Shown here: positions 36,661 through 47,712 of the stretch, one piece after another
Layout of the letters: every line of letters starts with the position of its first letter
Position numbering within the stretch: the stretch's first letter is position 1
Source: Octopus sinensis
Taxonomy: Eukaryota
Direction: 5' to 3'
NCBI RefSeq assembly: GCF_006345805.1
Contig: NW_021834230.1
Coordinates: 1 to 64,000 of the forward strand
DNA: 64,000 bases
Notes under the pieces: generated by a model
What the model saw: the letters and a program-made list of their open reading frames with translations, nothing else
The model's database searches: none
Told to the model about the DNA's origin: nothing
Position numbers and translations under genes: made by a program

Positions 36661-38786
36661 ATATACACACGTGTACATGAGATCTTCATTCTATATCGAT
36701 GTCAGCCAAAAGCAGGACCAAGCTTCATTTTTAACCTTTTATCATTTCCCACATATGGGCATTGCATTATCCAATGTGTTTTTAAAGACCGTTGGGTGTG
36801 ATTTGATGGAGATTTGGCTGCCATTTCTAGCAGGGCAGCTGATCGTACCATTTTAAATCTCATCGGTTCCAGATCTTTTCAACTCCATAGTATTTAATAG
36901 ATGTAGTCATGGCCAGCATAGATTCTACTAGAAATATTTAAGTGTTGAGACGTTCAGTGACTGTATATGATGTATGTATAACATATATATATTATAAGGG
37001 TCTAAGTTTTTTAACTGAAAAATATACACTCGTGAAAGTTAACAGCGAAACTTAAAATATCCATGCGGTGCCCCAGCATGGCCTCAGCTCGTGAGCTGAA
37101 ACTAGATAAAAAAAATAATAAGGTTCATATTCTGTGTCCGTGTCCGCCAAGATCAGAAACCAATTTTCATTTAAATGTTTATTTTTGTCTTCAAAGACCG
37201 TTGAGTGTGATCTGATAAAGATTTGGCTGCTATTTCTAGCAGGTCAGTGTATAATGATGTATATATGATGGGGAAAAAAAAGAGGCGCTTAATTTTTCAT
37301 TTATGTACACACGTGGTCTTGACAGCCAAAGGAGTAAAATTCACATTCTTTAGTCATGTCCCCTAAAACCAGAACCCGTGATCCTTTTCCGCGTTTCTTT
37401 TACTTCTTGGAATTTATGCAAAGCGCCTCTTTCCTGTAAAAGACTTTTGTGTGATCGGATAAAGATTTAACTGCTATTTCTAGCGGGCCGACCAATTATG
37501 GGGCAAACTGCGGCTAACAGGACTTTTGCGGCCCACCTGATGGCTAGACATGTCTTGTGCGGCCCGATTCTCGAAAAATAGTTGCTCATTGCATTGGCTC
37601 GAAGACAATTCTCAATGATTCCGTTTGCAAAAACAAAAGGAAATATTTAGTTGTGGTTTAGGGGTCGCAGTGGGGATCTTTTATGCAATAGTTTGCACCT
37701 ACGAACGAAAATAAATTGAAAGCGGCGTAATTAAAATTGGAAACGAAATAATTGGTAAATATAGTTAAAAATATGGATTAAATATTTAAAAAAATAAAGT
37801 GTCTTCTATTTTGAAATGTGTGATGCGAAAAAAATTTAGAAAAATCCTACCAATTGGACACTGGGGTCGATGTAATTGACTCCACCATCAAAAATAGCTG
37901 GTCTTTAAACATGCAAATGGACCAGCGTCCCTTTTAGACGGAGGATCTTGATCTTGGGTCAACTTACATGTCATGGAAATGTGTAATATTTAATACATTT
38001 GGGTGTATATTGATTGATGAAGGTCCTAGCTGTTCACCAAGATTATATACACACGTGTACGTGAGATCTTCATTCTATATCCATGTCAGCTTTTTGTAGA
38101 TGTAAGGGGTTTTTAAATTGCTGGCAGTGGAGGGATTAAATATTCACATCTTTCCAAGGTCATCTTTGTCTTCCCTATTTCCAGGGCTGGTGAGGTCACC
38201 AAGTGGACTATTGACAAGAGATACTTGTCAAAAGAACTGTTGCTTCTTTGCTAGAATCGTTAGAATGCCTGGCGAAATGCTTAGCAGTATTTCGTCTGCT
38301 CTACGTTCTGAGTTCAAATTCCGCTGAAGTCGACTTTACCATTCATCCTTTCCGGGGGGGGGGGGGGGGTGATTAAATAAGTACCAGTTACGCACTGGGG
38401 TGAATGTAATGGACTTAATCCCTTGTCCTTGTTTGTCTCCTCTATGTTTAGCCCCTTGTGGACAATAAAGAAATAATTATTATTATTGGTAAGGTAGCGA
38501 GCTGGCAGAATTGTTAGCACGCTGGACAAACTGCTTGGTGGTATTTCATCTGCTGCTATGTTCTGAGTTCAAATCCTGTGAGGTTGACTTTGCCTTTCAT
38601 CCCTTTGTGGTCAATGTAATTGACTCATTCCCTCCCTCATAATTGCTGCCCTTGTGGCAAAATTTGAAACTAATATTTTTATCATTTTCTTATGGTAACA
38701 TGGTGGGCTAGCATGGCAGGCTTAGCAGCTTTTGTCCATCTTCATGTTCTGAGTTCAAATGTCTTAGAGTTGACTGTTGCTGACTG

Positions 38787-38859
38787 ATCCTGTGATGATA
38801 GATCATGTACCACTCTGACTTTCCCAGATGGACAAACAAACACCCATTTATCTGAGGAT
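38787..38859 (+). ncRNA. Box C/D snoRNA copy 1 (U32/snR40-like guide)
   Basis: ATCC-T-GTGATGA..ATCATGTACCACT-CTGA..CACCCATTTAT-CTGA-GGAT. Confidence 0.85.
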
Positions 38860-39345
38860 TTTGGCCAGCACAGCTCTTTTTAATACTTCCAAATGATCCC
38901 TTGGCCCCTTAACATCCAGATGTAATGCTTATTTATTTACATTGTTTTGAATTAACAATATATGAGCTTATAGCTTGAAGATTTCAATGATGTGTTTGCA
39001 TATTTTTAGAATGACATTGTAGGGTAGGTGTGAGAGGTCAGGTCTGGTCAGTGGTCAGTTTGAACATAAAACAAATAGAATATTTGGGCTGGATATGGCT
39101 GGATCAAATGCTAAAGGGTACCAAAGGACCGATAAACTACGAACAATTTGTCGTGCTTTGAATAACTTGGAAAGACTTTTAAACAGTGGAATTGGTCCGT
39201 GAAGAGGGAGGACTGATTTTGGGAAATCAAAAACAGAATTGGCTGCCTTTCAGGGGTCAGTAAAAAAGGTACTACTTGATGTAGTCGACTCGACCCTTTT
39301 GCCCCCAAATTTAATACCATTTTTATTACTGTTTCAGTTATCACT

Positions 39346-39591
39346 ATGGCACGTCTTGGAAACCAAACGGTGCCCAATGGCCATTTTCACAAGGACTGGC
39401 AGCGCTATGTCCGAACCTGGTTTGACCAGCCAATGCGCAAAAAGCGCCGAGCGAGGAAGAGGATGATTAAAGCAAGGAAAGTAGCTCCCAGACCAGCTGC
39501 TGGCCCTCTTCGGCCAATCGTCACATGTCCTTCCATCAAATACAACATGCGTGTCCGTGCTGGACGTGGTTTCACCATTGAAGAGTTGAAG
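39346..39591 (+). CDS. RPL13: 60S ribosomal protein L13 (eL13), coding exon 1 (82 aa)
   Basis: [31 protein letters not shown]; donor GTAAGT at 39592. Confidence 0.98.
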
Positions 39592-39981
39592 GTAAGTCTG
39601 TTTGGTCAGGTTGAATGGGTGAGCGTGTGGTTATATATAAAGGTGGCTGAAGAAGCATCTGAGAGGACACGGGTTCATTTCTTGTCAGTGGTGCTGAGCT
39701 TGTCATGTGACAGCAGTACTGGACTACCCGTGATCCGTAGGGCCATTGATGGTTCAGGTTATAAAACATTGAAATGAAAATTAATTTTATGATGATTCAG
39801 TTAAATATTTCAATTCGTTCATGTCACCTCAGGTCTGGTTTGGAAGTTTGTGTTAAAGGTTTTATTGATTATTTACACCAGTGCTTCTCAAACTGTGTTG
39901 GCAGCTTTTTTTTTTTTCTTTTCTCCTAAGTGCCGGGGACCGGTAATATTAATTTATACCGGAAACAATATATATATATGT

Positions 39982-40190
39982 GGAGAGCTGGTAGAAACGT
40001 TAGCATGCCGGGCGAAATTCGTAGCCGTATTTTGTCTACCTTTATGTTCTGAGTTTAAATTCCACCGAGGTCGACTTTGCCTTTCATCCTTTCGGGGTCG
40101 ATAAATTAAGTACCAGTTACGCACTGGGGTCGATGTAATCGACTTAATCCCTTTGTCCTTGTTTAGCCCCTTGTGGCTAGTAAAGAAATA
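39982..40190 (+). mobile_element. SINE family C in RPL13 intron 2
   Basis: Match to the family. Confidence 0.8.
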
Positions 40191-40534
40191 TATATAAATA
40201 TATATATATATATATAATGAACATAATATAAGTTGACAAATTTCTTGAAATACATTGCTTTTCGTCATCATTTAATGCCCGCTTCCCATGCTGTGTCATA
40301 AAACCAAAAGTGCTTCTCAGGTTCTTATCCAAAGACCTAATTAACACCTGGTATTGAGACGTCAAGTAAAAGGTGGGGTTTTTTTTTCTTTTTTTTAAGG
40401 ATATGTTACTGTACGCTGGCACCTGTGGCTGTTCCCCCCCACTAACCCCAGCATCACAATACTTTCCATTGGTGTTGGTTGCATCTCTCCTACAGATATG
40501 TAATCCTTGTTCTTTTATTTCTGTGTGTTTGTAG

Positions 40535-40708
40535 AAAGCTGGCATCAGCAAGAGGGAAGCCCCCACCATTGGAATTGCTGTTGATTACAGAAGACGCAGC
40601 ATGTCTGCTGAGGAACTCCAGGCCAATGCCCAGAGGCTGAAGGAATACAAATCCAGATTGATCCTGTTCCCCAGGAAGATGAGCAAACCCGGCAAGAAGG
40701 ATTCTTCG
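40535..40708 (+). CDS. RPL13: RPL13 coding exon 2 (58 aa)
   Basis: AG acceptor; [36 protein letters not shown]; GT donor at 40709; phase 0. Confidence 0.98.
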
Positions 40709-40900
40709 GTGAATATGGCTTTGATTCTTTCTTTTTCTTTTTTTTTTCCCCCTGGTATTTATAGAATCTGTGTGGTGTGGCTCACATCTACAATCACTTC
40801 ATAATATTGAAGCCTTGAGATAATGCAAGATTAATTCAAGGCAATGGGAATAAATAAGAATTACGTTTGACAGAGGGAGCTGAATGCTAAAGGATTAAAG

Positions 40901-41101
40901 CAGTGGTTTTCAGCCAGGGTTCTGCCAGTACAGTGCAGGGGTTCCTCAAAAAGTTACAGTACTGCTAAAATCGGCAGTAATTTTTAATTCTCCTGTGCAG
41001 ATATTTGTGCATAAGACTATTAAATTATTGCACAGGGGTTCCTCGAGCCAGTGGAATGTTTCCCTGGGGTTCCGCTCCAGAAAAAAGTTTGAAAAGCTCT
41101 G
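40901..41101. mobile_element. hAT MITE
   Basis: TIR CAGTGGTTTTCA/TGAAAAGCTCTG; 8-bp TSD GATTAAAG (40893-40900, 41102-41109). Confidence 0.85.
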
Positions 41102-41133
41102 GATTAAAGTATAGCTAAGTATGTTGTTGACTG

Positions 41134-41206
41134 ATCCAGTGATGATAAATCATGTACCACTCTGACCTACCAAGATGGACAAACAAACACCCATTTATCT
41201 GAGGAT
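41134..41206 (+). ncRNA. Box C/D snoRNA copy 2
   Basis: C box 41139-41145, D box 41199-41202, ATCC/GGAT stem. Confidence 0.85.
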
Positions 41207-41544
41207 ATCGGTCACCATAGCCATTTAATTGTTTTGGAGTGATCGTAGATAATGACCGCTATCAACTCTACTGCGGCATCCACCATCATTGACATCGTTT
41301 AATATCCACTTTTACATGGCTCAGATAGAATTTGCTGAGGTAGATATTTCTCTGGCTGGAAGGATACCTTTCCTGTCACCAACCTTTGTCTGTTTCTGAG
41401 TAAGGTCATATTTACATGGAAGGTTGGAAATGAAGGACGGTGCTTGTATGATGGTGACGCTAGCTTTGGTATGTATTGTGATGGCGAGGCAAGAAGACAC
41501 CAACTTCCAAACATACACACACATACATTTATACTTATATATGT

Positions 41545-41805
41545 CTAATGTTCATTTTCCATGCTGGCATGGGTTGGACGGTTTGACTGGGGTCTGGAGA
41601 GCCGGTGGCTGCACCAGGCTTCAATCTAATCTGGGAATGTTTCTACAGCTGGATGCCCTTCCTAATGCCAACCACTCCAAGAGTGTAGTGGGTGCTTTTT
41701 ACGTGCTACCAGTACAAGAGCCAGTCGCAGTACTGGCATCAGCCAAAATTGGATGGTGCTTTTTATGTGCCACCGGCGCAGGACCCAGTCAGGCGGACCT
41801 GGCAT
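41545..41805 (-). mobile_element. Repeat family D
   Basis: Reverse complement match. Confidence 0.7.
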
Positions 41806-42213
41806 ATATATATATGAGTGTATATAGATATATGTATATATATATACACACACATCTATAGTGACAAAAGTTTAGCTCATTAGGATATGCACAGGCCATA
41901 TCAGGCTCGAATATTCCTGTTTTTGTGTTCAAGCTGGTTGGATCCTTCTTCCTTACAATGTCATTCTCAAAATAATCACAGCATCAAAATGTCTAAGCTA
42001 TGAGATGATACACGATTAATTCATCATACCAAACTTTTTTTTTTTTTTAAATAGTAAGTGGGCCACTCCTTATGAGGTGGGCCCCACTGCTGAAAAATTT
42101 CCAGGCAATTTTTTGTTAGGCATGCCATTCAGAAAATCTTGCAGGCCATAGGTTACCTTATGCCTCGTTTGAAATATATGTGTATCCCTATATCGGTAAC
42201 GTGTTGTTGACTG

Positions 42214-42286
42214 ATCCGGTGATGATAGATCATGTACCACTCTGACCTTCCGAGATGGACAAACAAACACCCATTTATCTGAGGAT
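42214..42286 (+). ncRNA. Box C/D snoRNA copy 3
   Basis: C box 42219-42225, D box 42279-42282. Confidence 0.85.
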
Positions 42287-42877
42287 TTTGGCCAGCACAG
42301 CTCTTTTTAATACTTCCAAATGACCCCTTGGCCCCTTAACATTCAGATGTAATGCTTATTTATTCACATTGTTTTGAATTAACAATCTATGAGCTTATAG
42401 CTTGAAGATTTCAATGATGTGTTTGCATATTTTAAGAATGACATTGTGGGGTAGGTGTGAGAGGTCAGGTCTGGTCAGTGGTCAGTTTGAACATAAAACA
42501 AATAGAATATTTGGGCTGGATTAGATGCTAAAGAGTTAGAATTTCTAAAGGGTCGCAAAAGACCGATAAACTACGAAGAATTTGTTGTGCTTTGAATAAC
42601 ATGGAAAAACTTCTAAACAGTGGAATTGGTCCGTGAACAGGGGGGGGGGGGCTGATTTTGGGAAATCAAAAACAGAATTGGGTTGGACATGTCCTTCAGG
42701 ACGAGTGACGAAAGAAAAGGACTACAACAGGTTGAAAGGAACTGAATGGCAGGGATCAAATTTAAGGAAAGACGAAGTAGATAAATTGGTTTAAACTTTT
42801 GCCACAAGGCCTGCAATTTAGGAGTGGTGGTGAGGTGAGGTGATTACCTTGAGACCCAGGGACCAATTGGTACTTAA

Positions 42878-43098
42878 CCCTTTTGTTACCATATTTCTGT
42901 TGAGATGCTCTGTGTTTCTTCCAATTACTTTAAATATAACAAAGAATTTAGTAAAATAACTTAGTTATCATTCAGCTAGATTAAGGAACATAAATTGTGA
43001 CTAAGATTTGGTGGAAGATTTTAATTCAAAACTTATGAAAACAAGACATTTGTACTACAGAGCCAGAGGTGGTTTCAGCCGGGTTGGTAAGGAAAGGG
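42878..43098. mobile_element. piggyBac-like MITE
   Basis: TTAA on both sides; TIR CCCTTTTGTTACCA/TGGTAAGGAAAGGG. Confidence 0.85.
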
Positions 43099-43666
43099 TT
43101 AATGGATGAAAGGCAAAGTCATTCCTAGCCACAGTTTATATATATGTATATCTCTCTTATTCTTTTATTTGTTTTGGTCATTTGACTGTGGCCATGCTGG
43201 GGCACTGCCATTGAAGGGGTTGGGTTGAACAAATTGACTCAGGGACTTAGTTTTGTTCAGCTTGGTACTTATCCGCTCGGCCTATTTTGCCGAACCACTA
43301 AATTACAGGGACGTAAACACACCAACACTGGTTGTCAGGCAGTGATGGGGGATAAACACAAAACACCTGCACGTGTATGTATGTATGTATATATATGTGT
43401 GTGTGTGAATATGTATATATATGTTTGTGTATGTGTGTATGTATGTGTATATATATATATGTGTGTGTCTGTGTATGTATACACACTCACGCAGGGCAGG
43501 CTTATTCCTGTTTGTCTACCAGGTAGACTCAATGCTAGAGTAAGACAGTAACCCACGCACTGGGACTGAACCTGGGACCATGTGTTTGGGGAGCAAGCTT
43601 CTTACCACTCAGCCACGTTTGCGCCTATACGCACACACACACAATATGGTAACATCTTGTTGACCG

Positions 43667-43739
43667 ATCCGGTGATGATAGATCATGTACCACTCTGACC
43701 TTTCAAGATGGACAAACAAACACCCATTTATCTGAGGAT
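43667..43739 (+). ncRNA. Box C/D snoRNA copy 4
   Basis: C box 43672-43678, D box 43732-43735. Confidence 0.85.
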
Positions 43740-44112
43740 TTTGGTCATCACAGCTATTTTACCCCAGGGTGGTTAGAAGCAATCTTTATTGTAATATGAA
43801 GTAGATTTAGTGTTGTATGGCTTGATACACAGTCTCTGGTGTTTGGGAAGGGATTTCTGGTAAATATTGTGGTCCTAGCTATGCAGGAATGCCATGTTTG
43901 AAAAGGGCCCAAGCGCCATAAGACTGGGTTTCTCTAGATTCTGGGGTGTGTATGTATTCCGTCCCTGGATGGGAGGCTGGTCCATTGTAGAGTTACTCAT
44001 TTTTGCCAGTTGCGTGGGCTGGAGCAATAGGGAATGAAGTGTTTTGCTCAAGAATACAATGTATCGCCTGGTAACTTTGGGATTTTAGTGATGTGTTTCT
44101 GTATTTCTATAT

Positions 44113-44309
44113 CAGTGCTTTTCAAACTTTTTGCTGGAGCGGAACCCCAAGGAAACATTCCACTGGCTCGAGGAACCCCTGTGCAATAATTTAATAGTCT
44201 TATGCACACATATCTGCACAGGAAACTTAAAAATTACTGCCGATTTTAGCATTTTTGTAACTTCTTGCGGAACCCTAAGGTTCCGAGGAACCCTGGTTGA
44301 AAACCACTG
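44113..44309. mobile_element. hAT MITE, inverted relative to 40901-41101
   Basis: TIR CAGTGCTTTTCAA/TTGAAAACCACTG; degenerate 8-bp TSD. Confidence 0.85.
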
Positions 44310-44534
44310 TTCTAGAATGACATTGTAAGATAGGTGCGAGAGGCCAGATCTGGTCAGTTTCAATATTTTGGGCTGGATATGGTCGGTTCCAATGTTAAGT
44401 AGTGACAGAAATGAGTGTCTTGCTGTTGAGGGTTTACATGGCCACCCCAACTGAAAAAGAGAAATGGTGAGGAAGAATGTTTGCAAGGAATATATACACA
44501 CGATTTGGTAGGGTTTATGTTGTGCTGTTTCTTG

Positions 44535-44610
44535 ACCCAGTGATGATAAATCATGTACCACTCTGACCTTCCGAGATGGACAAACAATCACCCATTATTT
44601 ATCTGAGGAC
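44535..44610 (+). ncRNA. Box C/D snoRNA copy 5 (D-side guide altered)
   Basis: C box 44540-44546, D box 44603-44606; 3-nt insertion and one substitution on the D side. Confidence 0.75.
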
Positions 44611-44891
44611 ATTGGTCAGCACAGCTGCCCCGAGGTGGTGTTAAGTCTCTTGCTCAAGGTGGGTGGTCAACTAATCTCTTTCTGTGCAGACTTTGCTCTC
44701 TGAAGCAGTCAGTCATCAATGATTTGTGGTGGGACCTGCACATTGATGGTTTGGGGGTGTTCTGGTGAGTTTGTGCGGCAGGATTGTGTGATTAGGGGTG
44801 GTGGCAATTGCCTCTTGCGTGTCTGGGGATTGTCAGGCTGATGTTATTGTTTCAGTCATTGGGCAATGGCCATGCTGGAGTACTGCCTTAA

Positions 44892-45096
44892 CCCTTTCGT
44901 TACTGTATTTCTGTTGGGATGCTCTGTATTTCTTTCAATTACTTTAAATATAACAAAGAATTTAGTAAAATAACTTAGTTATCATTGAGCTAGGGTTAGA
45001 AACATAAATTGTGACTAAGGTTTGGCGGAAGATTTTAATTCAAAACTAATGAAAACAAGACATTTGTACTACAGAGCCGGGTTGGTAACGAAAGGG
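44892..45096. mobile_element. piggyBac-like MITE
   Basis: TTAA TSD; CCCTTTCGTTAC/GTAACGAAAGGG. Confidence 0.85.
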
Positions 45097-45703
45097 TTAA
45101 AGGGTTTTACTGCCGGATGAGATAGTGAAGATGCCGACGACTGCTCGGTTCAAAGTCTCTCTTGACCAGAAATGGCCTGAACTCTTGGCATGAACACAAC
45201 CCTGTACATAACTGCATGGCCTTGCTCTTTGCTTTTTGAGCCAAAAAATTAAATTAACTTAACTTGAACAACTGGACCACAGCATTTATTTTTTAAAGTT
45301 TTGTATTAACATTTTGGCACAAGGGAGTGAGGTGAAGTCAACTTGAGTGGGATTTGAACTCGGGACAAATGCAGCCCTCCTTGGAATATTGAAATTATCT
45401 TTGTCTTCACAGCATTCAAATCATCATCATCGTTTAACCTCTGCTTTCCATGCTGGCATGGGTTGGACAGTTTGATGTGGAGCTTGTTAGCTAGGGGATA
45501 TCCAGACTCCCAACTCTCTTGTGGCATGGTTTCTTTGCCTGGATTGTTAGGTTCTGTGTTCAAATTCCACTGAAGTTGGGTTGGGTGTGGTGGGCCTTGT
45601 GCTTTTGGCTGAAAGAATTCTTAATGGTATCTCTTGTGTTTTGGAGCCGGGCGAAATGCCCAACGGTATTTCGTCTGTCCTTACATTATGGTTTTGTTGA
45701 CTG

Positions 45704-45776
45704 ATCCAATGATGATAGATCATGTACCACTCTGACCTTTCAAGATGGACAAACAAACACCCATTTATCTGAGGAT
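45704..45776 (+). ncRNA. Box C/D snoRNA copy 6
   Basis: C box ATGATGA 45709-45715, D box 45769-45772. Confidence 0.85.
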
Positions 45777-46599
45777 ATTGGTCATCATAACAACTTGAGA
45801 TGAGGGCAGGTAATCCTTCTGATTAAGGCTTGGGTTAACCTTGGGCAAACAAGCATTTCATCACCCGGCCCAGCTGGGATAATTTATTTCTATACCTAAG
45901 ACTATATATCCAACGTGTCGTCTCCATGGGAAAGTGTGATTGGATCTTTTCCTTTTGATGGACGGAATTTTCTAGTTAACTAAACAATTTGAAACTTCGT
46001 ATACTGGTAGAATGTGTGAAAAGAAAACATTATTGTAAACAAAATTGTAATTTGTAAGTTTAATGTAGTTTAATTCTTCGAATTTTAACCAATGAAATCC
46101 CAGCATTTGAGCTCCATCAAAAGGAAAAGATCTGTTGCTGTTTCTAGCAGATTGAGCAATTAGATCATTCATGAAAAGCCAGTGGCTTGCGGGACTTTCT
46201 AGATGTCGTGTTGAATGGATAATTACTTTGGATTGGTTTGGTGATGCGGCCCATGTCTCTTATGCATCCTGCTTCTTGCAAAACGTTGCCTGTGCCTGAA
46301 TCACATCGAGGCAATGTCATTGACCATTAGAGGTGTGTGGCTCAGTGGTTTAGACTGTTGCATTCGTAATGGCAAGATAATGGTTTCAATTCCTGAACTG
46401 GGCGATGCATTGTATTCTTGAACAAAACTCTTCATTCCACATTGCTTGAGTCTGTCCAGCTATCAAAGGACAACCGTGCGATGGACTGGCATCTCATTCA
46501 GAGGACAATATTGTGATCTTGGTCACTTGCATGCCGTAAAAACCAGGTACCCGACCCTATTTGGTTCTTGGGGTTGAGGGAGTAATGTAGAGGGCTTAA

Positions 46600-46819
46600 C
46601 CCTTTCATTACTGTATTTATTTTGAGATGTTCTGTGTTTGTTTCAATTACTTTAAATATAACAAAGAATTTAGTAAAATAACTTAGTTATCATTAAGCTA
46701 GTGTTAGGAACATAAATTGTGACTAAGGTTTGGTGGAAGATTTTAATTCAAAACTTATGAAAACAAGACATTTGTACTTGGAGCCAGAGCCGGTTTCAGC
46801 CAGGTTGGTAACGAAAGGG
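46600..46819. mobile_element. piggyBac-like MITE
   Basis: TTAA TSD; CCCTTTCATTAC/GTAACGAAAGGG. Confidence 0.85.
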
Positions 46820-47291
46820 TTAATGATGTTTTTCACTGCTATCTTTAGCAGGCCAACTGATCACATAGGTGTTGCTACGCCGGGTAATGTGTTGTGTTCT
46901 TGAGCAAAACACTGTCCTGGTTGACCGCAGGCTAAACTGTCACCTTCGGACCTAATCCTTATTCAGATTACTTTGCCAAATCTAGTATTTATTCGATGAC
47001 GTATGAGGTGGTGTTGGAAAAGTTCCAGGCTTTGATTAAAAGAAAATACAGGAGGATCAGTTAAGAGATAGATGTAAGGGCCGGAAAACATTTTGGCAGG
47101 GCATGGCCAGTTTAAATGCTAAAGGGTTAAAAGTTAACTCCTTTTTCTAATCCCTTTGGGACGACCATTATGCCAATAATGACACACTCACTGGTTAAGT
47201 ATCACTTCTTTCGTGTTAGTCAATTGGTTAAATATCCAACTAACCGATCGATTGTTTTTCTAATTTCTCTCTCTGTTTTTTTCCTCTGCAG

Positions 47292-47507
47292 GCTGAAGAG
47301 ATCAAGTTGGCCACCCAATTGAAGGGCACACTGATGCCAATTGTAAACAGGGTGAAGAAGGACAAACCACAGGTACTCACCAAGGACATGAGGAGGTTCA
47401 AGGCTCACCACACAATCAAGATTGCCCGCAAAGACAAACGTTTGTTCGGCCGAAGACAGAAGAGAGCCGAGAGGTTGGCAGCTGAAGAGGAATCTAAGAA
47501 GAAATAG
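47292..47507 (+). CDS. RPL13: RPL13 coding exon 3 (71 aa + stop)
   Basis: Polypyrimidine tract + CAG; AEEIKLATQLKGTLMP..RLFGRRQKRA..KKK*; total 211 aa. Confidence 0.97.
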   Translation, partial: AEEIKLATQLKGTLMPIVNRVKKDKPQVLTKDMRRFKAHHTIKIARKDKRLFGRRQKRAERLAAEEESKKK

Positions 47508-47523
47508 AGACTGGCTTTGTGTG

Positions 47524-47529
47524 AATAAA
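47524..47529 (+). terminator. RPL13 polyadenylation signal
   Basis: AATAAA 16 nt after the stop codon. Confidence 0.75.
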
Positions 47530-47599
47530 TATTTCAGTAAATTCGATTGACTTTGTCATTTTATTATATATACAGGTGTGTGTGTGTAAACACACATTC

Positions 47600-47712
<113 letters not shown>

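Noticed and set aside
38787-38859. Calling the snoRNA SNORD68, the vertebrate RPL13 resident
   Set aside because: The guides do not match the 18S U428 or 28S A2388 regions as I recall them
39640-39771. H/ACA snoRNA candidate in RPL13 intron 2 (ACAGCA at 39710, ACA at 39766)
   Set aside because: Box spacing is plausible but I could not fold two hairpins with pseudouridylation pockets; needs snoReport/Infernal
39592-39777. C-terminal 61 aa of the 143-aa ORF, and the extension of ORF 40601-40804
   Set aside because: Intron read-through past clear GT donors
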